DNA of 64,000 nt from Ignavibacteria bacterium. Lineage in GTDB: Bacteria; Bacteroidota; Ignavibacteria; Kapaibacteriales; UBA2268. This document shows positions 33,895 through 44,300 of this stretch, one piece after another; the first letter of the stretch is position 1; each line of letters starts with the position of its first letter. Where the stretch lies: contig JAISJI010000055.1 of NCBI GenBank assembly GCA_031261605.1, positions 12,844-76,843 of the forward strand, given 5' to 3'. The position numbers were made by a program, and so were the translations under genes. Under the pieces are notes generated by a model. The model worked only from the letters and a program-made list of their open reading frames with translations. It was not told the DNA's origin and made no database searches.

Positions 33895-35904
33895 ATGAAA
33901 TCATTAACCATAGATAATAGAATAGTAAGCTTCGAAAACGAAAGGAATTTGCTCGAAGTTATAAAGAAAACCAATATAGAACTGCTTACCTTCTGCTACC
34001 ACTCAGAACTTAGCATCTACGGTGCGTGTCGTCTCTGTATCGTTGAAATAGATGGCAGAGGTATACAAACCGCCTGCACTACCAAGCCAGAAGAAGGTAT
34101 GGTCGTTCATACTAACACCAAAACATTACGCAATATACGCAGGACAACGGTGGAACTATTGCTTTCCAGCTATAATCACAACTGCACGACTTGCCAAAAG
34201 AATACCAAATGCCGTCTGCAAAGTATTGCAAAAAATCTTGGTATCACTAATGTTCGCTTTAAGAAATCTTCTGCAATTCCTAAGCCAATAGACCTTAGTT
34301 CTTACGCTATTCAGCGTAACCCCAATAAGTGCATTCTATGTGGCGATTGTGTGCGTGCGTGCAATGAAATACAAGGCATTGGCGCTATTGATTTTGCTTA
34401 TAGAGGTGCAAATTCACAAGTAATTCCTGCTTTTGGTAACAACATTGCTTCGGTGGATTGCGTAGATTGCGGACAATGTAGCCGCGTATGTCCTACTGGT
34501 GCTATAATTCCACGCTCCGAAATAGGTGGAGTATGGAAAGAATTGGACAACCCCAATAAAGTAGTGGTAGCACACTTCGCTCCATCCGTTAGAGTAGCCA
34601 TCGGCGAAGAATTTGGTATGCCGTCCGGTTCTATCGTTCCCGGGCAAATAGTAAGTGCTTTGCGTATGCTTGGCTTTGATAAAGTATTTGATACATCATT
34701 TACTGCCGACCTCACTATCGTTGAAGAGGCAAATGAATTCATTAAACGCAAAGAGGAAGGTGGAGTATTCCCAATGTTCACATCCTGCTGTCCAGCGTGG
34801 GTGAAATTTACAGAACAACATTATCCTGAATTGCACCAAAACCTATCTTCGTGCCGTTCTCCACAAGCAATGTTCGGTTCTATATCTAAAAAGTATTTGC
34901 CGGAAATGCTAAAAATTGACCCGAAAAATTTAGTAGTGGTATCCATAATGCCTTGCACAGCAAAGAAGATGGAGGCACGCAGAGAAGAATTCAAAACAGA
35001 TGGAATGCAAGATAATGACTATGTGCTAACTACACAAGAGTTCGCCACAATGATAAAACAATGCGGTATCCAATTCAATACACTTCAACCGGATTCCTTT
35101 GACCCTCCATTTGGACATAAAACAGGTGCTGGCGTAATATTTGGAAACAGTGGTGGTGTGACAGAAGCAGCTCTACGCTATATCGTGGAAAAAGTTGAGA
35201 ACAAGCCATTGGAACGCATAGAATTTGCAGAAGTTCGCGGAGAAGCAGGTATCCGAGCAGCATCTTTAACCATTGCTGGCGAGCCAGTGAAAATCGCTGT
35301 CATCCACGGCTTACGTAATGCACGCCAAGTAATAGAAAGAATTAAATCTGGTGAAATACATTACGACTTCATTGAAGTAATGTCTTGCCCGGGAGGATGT
35401 ATCGGTGGTGCTGGGCAACCAGTTTACTTTAAGCCAGAGACCCGCAAAAATAGAGCAGCCGGTCTATATAATGCTGATAAAATGCTCCAACAGCATAAAT
35501 CACAAGATAACCAATACATCAAAGACCTTTATAAAGACCATATTGGCGAAATCGGCGGCGAAGAAGCGCATAAGGTATTGCATACTCACTTCCATAACCG
35601 CAAACGCATCTTCCACGAAGGCGTTTCCATCATTGATACCAATACAGCAAAGCTCACCGTTAGCATTTGCGTTGGAACTAATTGCTTCGTTAATGGGGCG
35701 CAAGATATTATGAAGCAAATGCTAAATTATGTTACTGAACATAGTTTAGAAAATATTGTTGATGTAAAGGCGAACTTCTGTATGGAGAATTGTGACCACG
35801 GTCCAAGCGTCAGCATCGGAACGGAAGTTATTACAAAAGCAAATGCTAAAAAAGTAATTTCAGAATTAGAAGCCCAATTAGAGCAAATTACTGAAATGGC
35901 ATAA
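33895..35904 (+). CDS. hydA: [FeFe] hydrogenase catalytic subunit HydA
   Basis: All three H-cluster motifs: FTSCCPAWV (L1), MPCTAKKME (L2), EVMSCPGGCIGGAGQP (L3); N-terminal 2Fe-2S and 4Fe-4S ferredoxin domains. Confidence 0.9.
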   Translation: MKSLTIDNRIVSFENERNLLEVIKKTNIELLTFCYHSELSIYGACRLCIVEIDGRGIQTACTTKPEEGMVVHTNTKTLRNIRRTTVELLLSSYNHNCTTCQKNTKCRLQSIAKNLGITNVRFKKSSAIPKPIDLSSYAIQRNPNKCILCGDCVRACNEIQGIGAIDFAYRGANSQVIPAFGNNIASVDCVDCGQCSRVCPTGAIIPRSEIGGVWKELDNPNKVVVAHFAPSVRVAIGEEFGMPSGSIVPGQIVSALRMLGFDKVFDTSFTADLTIVEEANEFIKRKEEGGVFPMFTSCCPAWVKFTEQHYPELHQNLSSCRSPQAMFGSISKKYLPEMLKIDPKNLVVVSIMPCTAKKMEARREEFKTDGMQDNDYVLTTQEFATMIKQCGIQFNTLQPDSFDPPFGHKTGAGVIFGNSGGVTEAALRYIVEKVENKPLERIEFAEVRGEAGIRAASLTIAGEPVKIAVIHGLRNARQVIERIKSGEIHYDFIEVMSCPGGCIGGAGQPVYFKPETRKNRAAGLYNADKMLQQHKSQDNQYIKDLYKDHIGEIGGEEAHKVLHTHFHNRKRIFHEGVSIIDTNTAKLTVSICVGTNCFVNGAQDIMKQMLNYVTEHSLENIVDVKANFCMENCDHGPSVSIGTEVITKANAKKVISELEAQLEQITEMA

Positions 35905-35934
35905 CTTATGCCAATATAATCACATAATACAATT

Positions 35935-37521
35935 ATGCCTAATTACCTAAAACATACCGCAATAAACTTCTTTTGGCTTGCCGTGTGTATTTTGTTGCTA
36001 ATAGGATGCGAAAGCAATTCCACCGCAACGCAAAACCCTATTGGCAAAAAAGTTGCCATTATCCTCCATACTAACGATGTGCATGGAGCATACTCATTTG
36101 TGGATGCAATTAGTGGAGGACCAACTTCTGCCATTGGACACGACTATATTGCAGGCGTTTATGATGCTTTTAAGCAAAAATATAATGTCCCTGTTTTCTT
36201 GCTCGATGCGGGAGACGCAACACAAGGCATATACTTCGTTGCTCAAAGCAAGGGACAATCTGCAATAGAGATAATGAATTCAACAGGTTACGATGCTATG
36301 ACTCTTGGTAATCACGAATTTGATTACGGCTGGCTGCATCTTATAGAAAATTCCAAAAAAGCGAATTTTGCGTGGCTCACTCAAATTGCAGAAGCCAATA
36401 ATACCAATAACTTATATCATTACATTGTCCTACAACGAGATAGCATTCGGCTTGGCGTTTTCGGCATCACAACGCCAGAGACACAATTCACCAGCGAAGG
36501 TGGATTTGATATAACATTCGGTTCGGTTAATGATTTAATCCAATATTCTAAGCAAATGGTTGCATTACTTAGAGATAGTTTTTATGTAGATTATGTTGTG
36601 TGTCTGTCCCACTTGGGCATTAATGACTTCGGATACGGCACAAGTTATAATATACGCGATAACGTGGAAGGCATTGATATTATTATAGATGGACATAGCC
36701 ATACCGAATTGAAAGATATAGTTAATGTGTCGGGAAAAACTCCTATAACATCTACCGGCACAGCAAGTGTTCAACTCGGCGTAGTCAATTTGTTTGACGC
36801 AGGAATTCCGGAAACGCTGAATATGCCGAAAAATGAATGTTTTACATATACCCCACGAGCAAGCGTTACTGATGTAATTGGCAAATGGATTGCCATTGTT
36901 AAAAACGAAGGTAGCGTTATTGTCGCAACCTTACCATTTGATATTACAACACTTAAAGCAAATGAACGCACAAGAGAAACCATAATGGGCAACATCATTA
37001 CCGATGCTATGCGTATAGCATCCGGTGCCGATATTGCAATTCAAAATGGTGGTAGCATCAGAGACCAGCAATTAAAAGCTGGACAAATCACTAAATCTCA
37101 ACTAATTAACATTATGCCTTATGGTAATATTTTGCAAAAAGCAACTATAAGCGGAAAGATATTGCTTGAAGTATTAGAGCAATCTGTTTCGCTCTATCCA
37201 TCGGAAAATGGTGGCTTTATGCAATGTTCCGGTATGACTTATACCTTTAACCCAAATAAACCCGTAGGTAGCAGAATTATAAAAGTAACTATCGCCGGTA
37301 AGCCATTAGATACCAATGCGTTATATACGCTTTGCACTAATGACTACATAGCCAAAGGTGGCGATAACTACAAAATGCTCATTTCCACATTCAAAAATCA
37401 ACAATCGCTTGCAATACCAGAACTTGCATTGATGGAAGAAGCAGTGATTTGGTATCTTAAAGCGAACCAGACCACTATTAGCCCAAATTTAGAAGGCAGA
37501 ATAATAGTAATTAACGAATAA
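35935..37521 (+). CDS. bifunctional metallophosphatase/5'-nucleotidase (UshA-like), probable lipoprotein
   Basis: Signal/lipobox LLIGCES; calcineurin-like region HTNDVHGA...DAGDATQG...GNHEFD; 5'-nucleotidase C-terminal domain. Confidence 0.8.
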   Translation: MPNYLKHTAINFFWLAVCILLLIGCESNSTATQNPIGKKVAIILHTNDVHGAYSFVDAISGGPTSAIGHDYIAGVYDAFKQKYNVPVFLLDAGDATQGIYFVAQSKGQSAIEIMNSTGYDAMTLGNHEFDYGWLHLIENSKKANFAWLTQIAEANNTNNLYHYIVLQRDSIRLGVFGITTPETQFTSEGGFDITFGSVNDLIQYSKQMVALLRDSFYVDYVVCLSHLGINDFGYGTSYNIRDNVEGIDIIIDGHSHTELKDIVNVSGKTPITSTGTASVQLGVVNLFDAGIPETLNMPKNECFTYTPRASVTDVIGKWIAIVKNEGSVIVATLPFDITTLKANERTRETIMGNIITDAMRIASGADIAIQNGGSIRDQQLKAGQITKSQLINIMPYGNILQKATISGKILLEVLEQSVSLYPSENGGFMQCSGMTYTFNPNKPVGSRIIKVTIAGKPLDTNALYTLCTNDYIAKGGDNYKMLISTFKNQQSLAIPELALMEEAVIWYLKANQTTISPNLEGRIIVINE

Positions 37522-37552
37522 AAGATTTTATAACCTATATATAAATAAAGAT

Positions 37553-37855
37553 ATGAACGTAACAATTTCAAACGGAAATGAAACCATTATAAAGGTATCC
37601 GGTCGTCTTGACGTAGGAAGCGCCGGCGAATTTGAAAAAGAAATTCAGCCGCTATTAACGGGACAAATGTCTAATATCACCATAGATTGCAGTGAATTAG
37701 AATACATAAGCAGCGCCGGACTTCGCTCACTTATGATTCTAAATAAAGCGTCTGCAGCCAAAGGCGAGCAAATTTTCATAAAATCCATTTCACCAATTGT
37801 CAAAGATGTCTTTGATATGACTGGATTTTCCTCATTATTTAACTTCATAGAGTGA
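37553..37855 (+). CDS. STAS-domain anti-sigma factor antagonist-like protein
   Basis: 100 aa, SpoIIAA-like pattern with conserved Ser in ISSAGLRSL. Confidence 0.65.
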   Translation: MNVTISNGNETIIKVSGRLDVGSAGEFEKEIQPLLTGQMSNITIDCSELEYISSAGLRSLMILNKASAAKGEQIFIKSISPIVKDVFDMTGFSSLFNFIE

Positions 37856-37859
37856 TTTT

Positions 37860-40850
37860 ATGCACCAACATTCAACCAAAATTAAACTTGACTTATTTGT
37901 ATTGCTTATCGCCATTATCCTTATTTCTTGTAGCAACAAGGAGGACAATGGATTGCAACTGAGGTCTGTAGATGACTTGCAAGACAAGCGCATCGGTGTT
38001 GTGGTCGGCTTCGTTTACGACAAATACGTAAAAGATAACTTGCCAGGAGCAAAAGTGCTGTATTTAGACCAGTTACCCGATATTATAAAAGCATTGGAAG
38101 ATGGTAAATGCGATGCAACTTTTGCAACGAGCGATATGCTTCCTTATATAATTAAGGAACACCCAACCATTGGTATATTACAAGAAAGATTAATGTCAAG
38201 TGGAGTTGGCTTTGGTTTCAATTTCAATAATCCCGAACTACTTCTTCAATTTAACGAGTTTCTTGCTGAACTTAGAAAAAAAAATGAATTAGAAACAATA
38301 TACGAACTATGGACAACAGACCCAGATAATGCTCCTATTCCTGTCCTTGGTGGCGATGGCTCTAGTGGCACTTTACGGTTCGGTACTACCGGCATAGAAC
38401 GTCCAATTTCATTTGTGCGAGATGGACAACCTGCCGGATATGATATAGATTTGTTTTATAGATTTGCTACAAAGTATAACTATAAAGTTAAAATACAAAA
38501 TACCAGCTTCGGCGGATTAATCGCAGCGATAGAATCAGGTAAAGTAGATGTAATCGGCTGCAATATTTTTATTACGCCCGAACGAGAGAAACACGTTGCG
38601 TTTTCAGATCCATATGCAACAATATTAGTTTATGCCATTGCACTAAAAAAGAATATTGCTTCTTCCTACTCCAAAGATGATAAAGGATTCAAATCAGCTG
38701 CCGACCTTGCAGATAAGCGTATTGGTGTGCTTGTCGGCTCCGTATATGAAAATTACGCTATTTTGCATTATCCCAAAGCAATCGTTAGTTATTACGACAC
38801 TCGCCCGGATGTTCTTGTCGCAATTGAAAATGGTAAGTGCGACGGTGCTATGTTCCCTGATGATATGGTCCCCACTATATTGAGAGAGCATCCCAACATT
38901 TCTATTTTGGAAGACAACTTAATATATGATGACTTGGGCTTTGCATTTGCAAAATCTAATAAGAAGTTATTAGAACAATTTAACACATTCATAAGAGAAC
39001 TACAATCCCAAGATGAACTAAAAAATATATATGATGGCTGGCGTAATAATTTTAATACAATGCCTGACCCAGTATTGAAAGGTGACGGCAGTGCTGGAAC
39101 AATTATATTAGGCACTACCGGCATTGATATTCCAAATTCCATCGTTAGAAATGGTGTCCTTGTCGGCTACGATATAGATATTTTTTATCGCTTTGCAAGC
39201 AGATACAATTACAAAGTCGTAGTAGAGAAAATTAATTTCGGCGGACTAATTGCTGCTCTTACTTCCGGCAAAATTGATGTCATTGGTAGCGGTATGATTA
39301 TCACTCCTGAACGCTCTAAAATGGTCAATTTTTCCGAGCCATATGCAAAGAAGCGCATTGCTATGTTGGCATTAAAGAAAAATATTGTTAGAACTAAGGT
39401 CGCTCCTTCAGTAATGTCTATAGATTATTTTAAGGATAAAACTATGGCTGTATTGTCTGGCTCTATTTACGAAAAATGGACTAGCGAATACTTGCCAAAT
39501 GCAAAAACCCTCTATTTTGATGAATTACAAGATGTATTGATAGCATTAAAGAACCATAAAGCTGACGCTACATTTGTAGATGAAGGTGACCGCGCTATTA
39601 TTATGGGACTACACCCAGAAATAGTGGTCTATGTTCCTAATATTATGGAATTAAAGTATGGAATTGGCATAAATAAAAATAATAATCAATTATTAGAGTC
39701 AATAAACGAATACATTAGTGATATAAAAGCAAATGGAGAATTAGAAAAAATAAATGACAAATGGTTAAACTATATCACAAAAGACGTTCCCGCTCCAAAA
39801 GCAACAGGAAAGGGAGATGTATTACGTATCGGAGTGGTCGGCACAATGCCACCATCTGGTTTCATAAAAAATGACTCACTTGCTGGCTATGACATAGAAA
39901 TTTTATATGGCTATGCCAATACACATAATCTAAAAGTGGAAGTTTTAAAAATGAACTTTGCATCGTTAATGCCAGCGTTGGTATCGGGCAGAGTAGATGC
40001 TATTGCAGCAGGTATTTCTATCACTCCGGAACGAGAGAAACAGATTGCTTTTACTATCCCATATATGACATCTATCACTTCTATTGTTGGATTGAAAGAA
40101 AATATTGCTGGTTATGGCACTAATACCGATGAAGAAATAGAGGAAAAATCATTCTTTGTAGAATTAAAAGAAAGTGTTACAAACAACTTAATTGCAGAAA
40201 ATCGCTATCTGCTAATTGTAAAAGGATTAAAAATAACATTTATCATTTCCATATTATCAACAATACTCGGCACGCTACTTGGAGCCATTGTCTGCTATAT
40301 GAAAATGAGTAGCAACTCAGTATTAAAGGGCATCTCTAATGTCTATATAACAATACTGCGTGGTACCCCGATACTTGTCCTACTAATGATAATGTATTAC
40401 GTGATTTTCGCAAAAGTGGATTTAAGTGCTATTATCGTTGCAATCATTGCCTTCGCAATGAATTTTGCTGCATACGTATCGGAAATGTTCCGCACCTCAA
40501 TAGAAAGCGTAAATAAAGGACAAACAGAAGCCGGTATCGCTATGGGCTTCACAAAAGCAAAAACATTTCTGTATATTGTAATGCCACAAGCAATACGCCG
40601 TGTATTACCAGTATATAAGGGCGAATTTATATCATTGGTAAAAAGCACTTCCATTGTGGGATACATAGCAATAGAGGACTTAACCAAAGCCAGCGATATT
40701 ATACGTAGTCGCACATTTGATGCGTTCTTTCCTCTAATATTAGTTGCACTCTTTTACTTCGCATTAGCATATCTATTTTTGTTCATTCTAAATAGAATTG
40801 AGATAAACACTGATTCCAAACACAAACTAATGAAAAGGAGTAAAGCATAA
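37860..40850 (+). CDS. polar amino-acid ABC transporter: four tandem substrate-binding (PBP type 3) domains fused to permease domain
   Basis: Four internal repeats of about 230 aa each (RIGVxVGxxYxxY...GKxDxxxxxxxITPER...F(S/T)xPY) followed by a His/Glu/Gln-type permease with the EAA-like loop [21 protein letters not shown]. Confidence 0.8.
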   Translation: MHQHSTKIKLDLFVLLIAIILISCSNKEDNGLQLRSVDDLQDKRIGVVVGFVYDKYVKDNLPGAKVLYLDQLPDIIKALEDGKCDATFATSDMLPYIIKEHPTIGILQERLMSSGVGFGFNFNNPELLLQFNEFLAELRKKNELETIYELWTTDPDNAPIPVLGGDGSSGTLRFGTTGIERPISFVRDGQPAGYDIDLFYRFATKYNYKVKIQNTSFGGLIAAIESGKVDVIGCNIFITPEREKHVAFSDPYATILVYAIALKKNIASSYSKDDKGFKSAADLADKRIGVLVGSVYENYAILHYPKAIVSYYDTRPDVLVAIENGKCDGAMFPDDMVPTILREHPNISILEDNLIYDDLGFAFAKSNKKLLEQFNTFIRELQSQDELKNIYDGWRNNFNTMPDPVLKGDGSAGTIILGTTGIDIPNSIVRNGVLVGYDIDIFYRFASRYNYKVVVEKINFGGLIAALTSGKIDVIGSGMIITPERSKMVNFSEPYAKKRIAMLALKKNIVRTKVAPSVMSIDYFKDKTMAVLSGSIYEKWTSEYLPNAKTLYFDELQDVLIALKNHKADATFVDEGDRAIIMGLHPEIVVYVPNIMELKYGIGINKNNNQLLESINEYISDIKANGELEKINDKWLNYITKDVPAPKATGKGDVLRIGVVGTMPPSGFIKNDSLAGYDIEILYGYANTHNLKVEVLKMNFASLMPALVSGRVDAIAAGISITPEREKQIAFTIPYMTSITSIVGLKENIAGYGTNTDEEIEEKSFFVELKESVTNNLIAENRYLLIVKGLKITFIISILSTILGTLLGAIVCYMKMSSNSVLKGISNVYITILRGTPILVLLMIMYYVIFAKVDLSAIIVAIIAFAMNFAAYVSEMFRTSIESVNKGQTEAGIAMGFTKAKTFLYIVMPQAIRRVLPVYKGEFISLVKSTSIVGYIAIEDLTKASDIIRSRTFDAFFPLILVALFYFALAYLFLFILNRIEINTDSKHKLMKRSKA

Positions 40851-41959
40851 TGATAAGAGTTGAACATCTTGCAAAAAAATATGGAACCCTTTTTGTCCTG
40901 CGTAATATTAATGCAGTGATTAAAAAAGGAGAGGTTATATCTATTATCGGACCATCTGGCGCTGGTAAAAGCACATTCTTGCGAGCATTGAATTTACTTG
41001 ATGCCCCCACTAGTGGCAATATCTTCATTGATGATGTTAATATCCTCTCTATCGATGCAAATGTGAATGCACTACGACAAAAAATGGGTATGGTATTCCA
41101 AAATTTCAATTTATTTGACCATCTTACTGCGTTAGAAAATCTTACCATCGGTCCTATTAAACTACTTCAACGTAGCAAAGCAGATGCCGAAGCACGTGGT
41201 AGAGAATTACTAAAAATGGTAGGTCTGGCTGAAAAAGAAGATAGTTTCCCGGATGAATTGTCTGGTGGTCAAAAGCAACGTGTAGCCATTGCTCGTTGTC
41301 TATCTATGGAGCCGGAAATAATATTGTTTGACGAGCCGACATCCGCATTAGACCCAACTATGGTCAGCGAGGTACTTGGCGTTATTCGCAAATTAGCAAA
41401 GGATGGTATGACTATGGCTATCGTTACTCACGAGATGAAATTTGCCCGTGATGTGTCCAGCCGTATTTTCTATATGGATGATGGTATTATTTATGAAGAA
41501 GGAACGCCGGAAGAAATATTTGATACCCCCAAGAAGGAGAAGACGCGTGCATTTATCAATCGCATTCGCAGTTTGAATTTTCACATTGCCAATGTAAATT
41601 ACGACCACTATTCGATGGTGGCTCAGATAGAATTATTTTGCGAAAAGCATATATTCACAGAACGCAGACGCAACAGCATTATGCTCTTAGTAGAGGAGGT
41701 TATACAACTTTGCTTTGCCGATACCGATAAAGAAGAGCGAAACAATGCGATTATTGCTGCTGGCGGAATAGACCTTATGCTTTCGTATTCCGAAAAGAAC
41801 GATACGGTTGAAGCGATTTTTAGTTGTAATGAATCGCTGGAAAGCATTGTAAATAGTGATGATGAACTTAGTATGATGATTGTAAGCAACCTCTCAAAAA
41901 CTAGGGAAGATAATGTTGTAAATGATATTCGTTCATTGCGAATATGTTTGAATGACTAA
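40850..41959 (+). CDS. amino-acid ABC transporter ATP-binding protein with about 120-aa C-terminal extension
   Basis: Walker [10 protein letters not shown], signature [15 protein letters not shown], Walker [12 protein letters not shown]; start overlaps the permease stop (ATAATG). Confidence 0.85.
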   Translation: MIRVEHLAKKYGTLFVLRNINAVIKKGEVISIIGPSGAGKSTFLRALNLLDAPTSGNIFIDDVNILSIDANVNALRQKMGMVFQNFNLFDHLTALENLTIGPIKLLQRSKADAEARGRELLKMVGLAEKEDSFPDELSGGQKQRVAIARCLSMEPEIILFDEPTSALDPTMVSEVLGVIRKLAKDGMTMAIVTHEMKFARDVSSRIFYMDDGIIYEEGTPEEIFDTPKKEKTRAFINRIRSLNFHIANVNYDHYSMVAQIELFCEKHIFTERRRNSIMLLVEEVIQLCFADTDKEERNNAIIAAGGIDLMLSYSEKNDTVEAIFSCNESLESIVNSDDELSMMIVSNLSKTREDNVVNDIRSLRICLND

Positions 41960-42020
41960 TTTTTACCACCCAGCAAATGCGTCTAATGTTTGTCTATAAA
42001 TTGTTTGGAATAGTCGCATT

Positions 42021-42548
42021 ATGCCTTTTTTTATTATTTTTTGCAATATGAAATCAAAACTTTATTTATTTATTTTGACGCTTCTGCTTGCTGGGATTTT
42101 CCCAAGTGTATGCAAAGCGATAACAGAAGTAACACTTCTAACAGTGAATCTTTATGATGGAACAGAACAATCCTTTATCGTAGAGGAGACGGGCAGGATG
42201 TATCTCACGGATTCTCTATTGTTTATAAAGGTAGCCGATACATCGGAAGCAGTTGGTATAGTTCGGATACATATTGCGAAGATGACTTGTGTAAATGATT
42301 TTATTCTGGACTTGGATGTGGCGGAGGACTTGCCGGTTGATGGAGACATCCATTTGCTCGCTAACATTCTTACAATTCAAGGATTTGAGAACGAATGGAA
42401 TAGGATAGAAATATTTTCCATTATGGGGCAGCAAGTTTATAAGAATGAATTCCTTGGTTCTAATTGGCAAGTGGATGTAAGTACTTTCTTATCAGGGACT
42501 TACTTTGTTCGGCTTAATTCTTCCATTTATAAATTTCAAAAGATATAG
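42021..42548 (+). CDS. secreted hypothetical protein with T9SS-type C-terminal sorting domain
   Basis: Signal peptide; C-terminus ...VSTFLSGTYFVRLNSSIYKFQKI resembles Por_Secre_tail. Confidence 0.5.
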   Translation: MPFFIIFCNMKSKLYLFILTLLLAGIFPSVCKAITEVTLLTVNLYDGTEQSFIVEETGRMYLTDSLLFIKVADTSEAVGIVRIHIAKMTCVNDFILDLDVAEDLPVDGDIHLLANILTIQGFENEWNRIEIFSIMGQQVYKNEFLGSNWQVDVSTFLSGTYFVRLNSSIYKFQKI

Positions 42549-42555
42549 GTGAAAT

Positions 42556-44238
42556 ATGAGAACAATTTACATTTTTGTTATAATCACATTGTTGTCTGTT
42601 TTGCCGGCGTATTCGTTGGTTGAGTATATGAATGTATGGACAATAGGCGGTGCAAAGCAAAGTATAGATATTAATATAATAGATACTATCATATTCAAAA
42701 ATAAGCAGATGCAGATGTTTTATAAAGATTTATCGAGCGACGCTATTGAAGTAGATAATATTGATAGCATTACATATTCGGTCGATGCAACAACACGCTT
42801 CGAACATATTCAATATCTCTTAAATCAATCTAAGAATAGCAATATAAAGAGTTATTACGTTTCTTTGCAAGGTAATGATTACTCTGGCGATGGCTCACTG
42901 AGCAAGCCGTGGAAGAGCGTTAAGTTTGCTATCAATACCGTTCCGGATGATTCTTGCGTAATTAGAGTGATGCCCGGCGAATATGAATCTGTCGGATATT
43001 TGACACGAAAGTTTAGCAAAAAAATACTAATAATTGCGGAGACAGCATATATTAAGATGAAAGGTGGAACGGATGCTCATAGAATATTCTTTTTTGATAA
43101 AGCAGAGAATTATATAGTTGCGGGCTTTGAGATTACAGGTAATCCGAATGTGAATAATTGGGAGGAGAAATACTCGCATTTAATACAGATTTCGGAATCA
43201 AATCACATTACATTTGAGAATTGTATTATCCACGATTGCTATAACAATGATAATATTAAAATAAATCTATACAGCACCGATATTGTGTTTAGAGGAAATG
43301 CTATATATAATCAATGTCAGAATGAAAATTCTGGCGACCAGCATTACGATGTTGTCGGTGGGAATGATTTGGTAATAGAAGACAATATATTTTTCAATGA
43401 CTTCAAGGCGTCGGGACGTCCGGAGATTAACAATGGCTCGGCATCATTCATAATGATAAAGTGCTTCAATGTTCCTAATCCTCCATCTAAGAATATATAT
43501 ATTGCGCGAAATGTATTTTTGAATTGGTGGGGAAAGGCAGACCAATCAATGCTTCTACTAGGAGAAAACGGCTTTCCACTGCACAATGTAGAGGGAGCAT
43601 TGATAGAGAATAACCTTTTCATCGGTAATACAGAAAATCGTATGTCGGGCGTGATTTCTCTTAAAGGAGCAAAAGATGTCACTATTCGTGCAAATACAAT
43701 TACTGGCTTTGTAAAACACGGCTGGGGCTGGAACCCGGGTGAAGGAAATTTTGGCTATGGCATTAGAGTTCAATGCGAAGGACAAAATCCACCACACGAA
43801 AATATTAACGTATATAACAATATATGGTCAGACCCAACAGGACGTATGCTATTCTTTTCCGCTCACAGCAAAGCGAATATGGCGAGTGGCGAATTAATGA
43901 ATAACTTGTTCTATAACAATGGAAATACGATAGAAGAGAAGCCAAATAATTGCTTTACTCCTGCAATGGATACACAAAAAATAGTAGCCGACCCGTTGCT
44001 TGAAACGGACTATAGCAAGGTTGTCACACCGGTATGGAATGCGACTCTGAAGCAATTTGGCGGAGGTGCAAAGAGTGTAGAGGAAGCGAGAGTGATGCTA
44101 ATAGAGACCTTTGGTAAATTCAAATCCTCATCTTCACCGGCAATAAATGCAGCATCGCCAGAGCAAATGCCAGCCAACGACATATTATTCAGGCATAGAA
44201 CAGATGGCAAGCCAGACATAGGGGCATTCGAGGAATAA
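42556..44238 (+). CDS. secreted right-handed parallel beta-helix (pectate-lyase-fold) repeat protein
   Basis: Signal peptide; recurring NxxIxxN / beta-helix rung patterns (ITFENCIIHDC, VFRGNAIYN, IEDNIFFND, IENNLFIGN, IRANTITG). Confidence 0.6.
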   Translation: MRTIYIFVIITLLSVLPAYSLVEYMNVWTIGGAKQSIDINIIDTIIFKNKQMQMFYKDLSSDAIEVDNIDSITYSVDATTRFEHIQYLLNQSKNSNIKSYYVSLQGNDYSGDGSLSKPWKSVKFAINTVPDDSCVIRVMPGEYESVGYLTRKFSKKILIIAETAYIKMKGGTDAHRIFFFDKAENYIVAGFEITGNPNVNNWEEKYSHLIQISESNHITFENCIIHDCYNNDNIKINLYSTDIVFRGNAIYNQCQNENSGDQHYDVVGGNDLVIEDNIFFNDFKASGRPEINNGSASFIMIKCFNVPNPPSKNIYIARNVFLNWWGKADQSMLLLGENGFPLHNVEGALIENNLFIGNTENRMSGVISLKGAKDVTIRANTITGFVKHGWGWNPGEGNFGYGIRVQCEGQNPPHENINVYNNIWSDPTGRMLFFSAHSKANMASGELMNNLFYNNGNTIEEKPNNCFTPAMDTQKIVADPLLETDYSKVVTPVWNATLKQFGGGAKSVEEARVMLIETFGKFKSSSSPAINAASPEQMPANDILFRHRTDGKPDIGAFEE

Positions 44239-44300
44239 AATAGCAAAAAAAACAATAATTTTATATTATATAATTGTTTCATTAATTATACTAATCTTTT

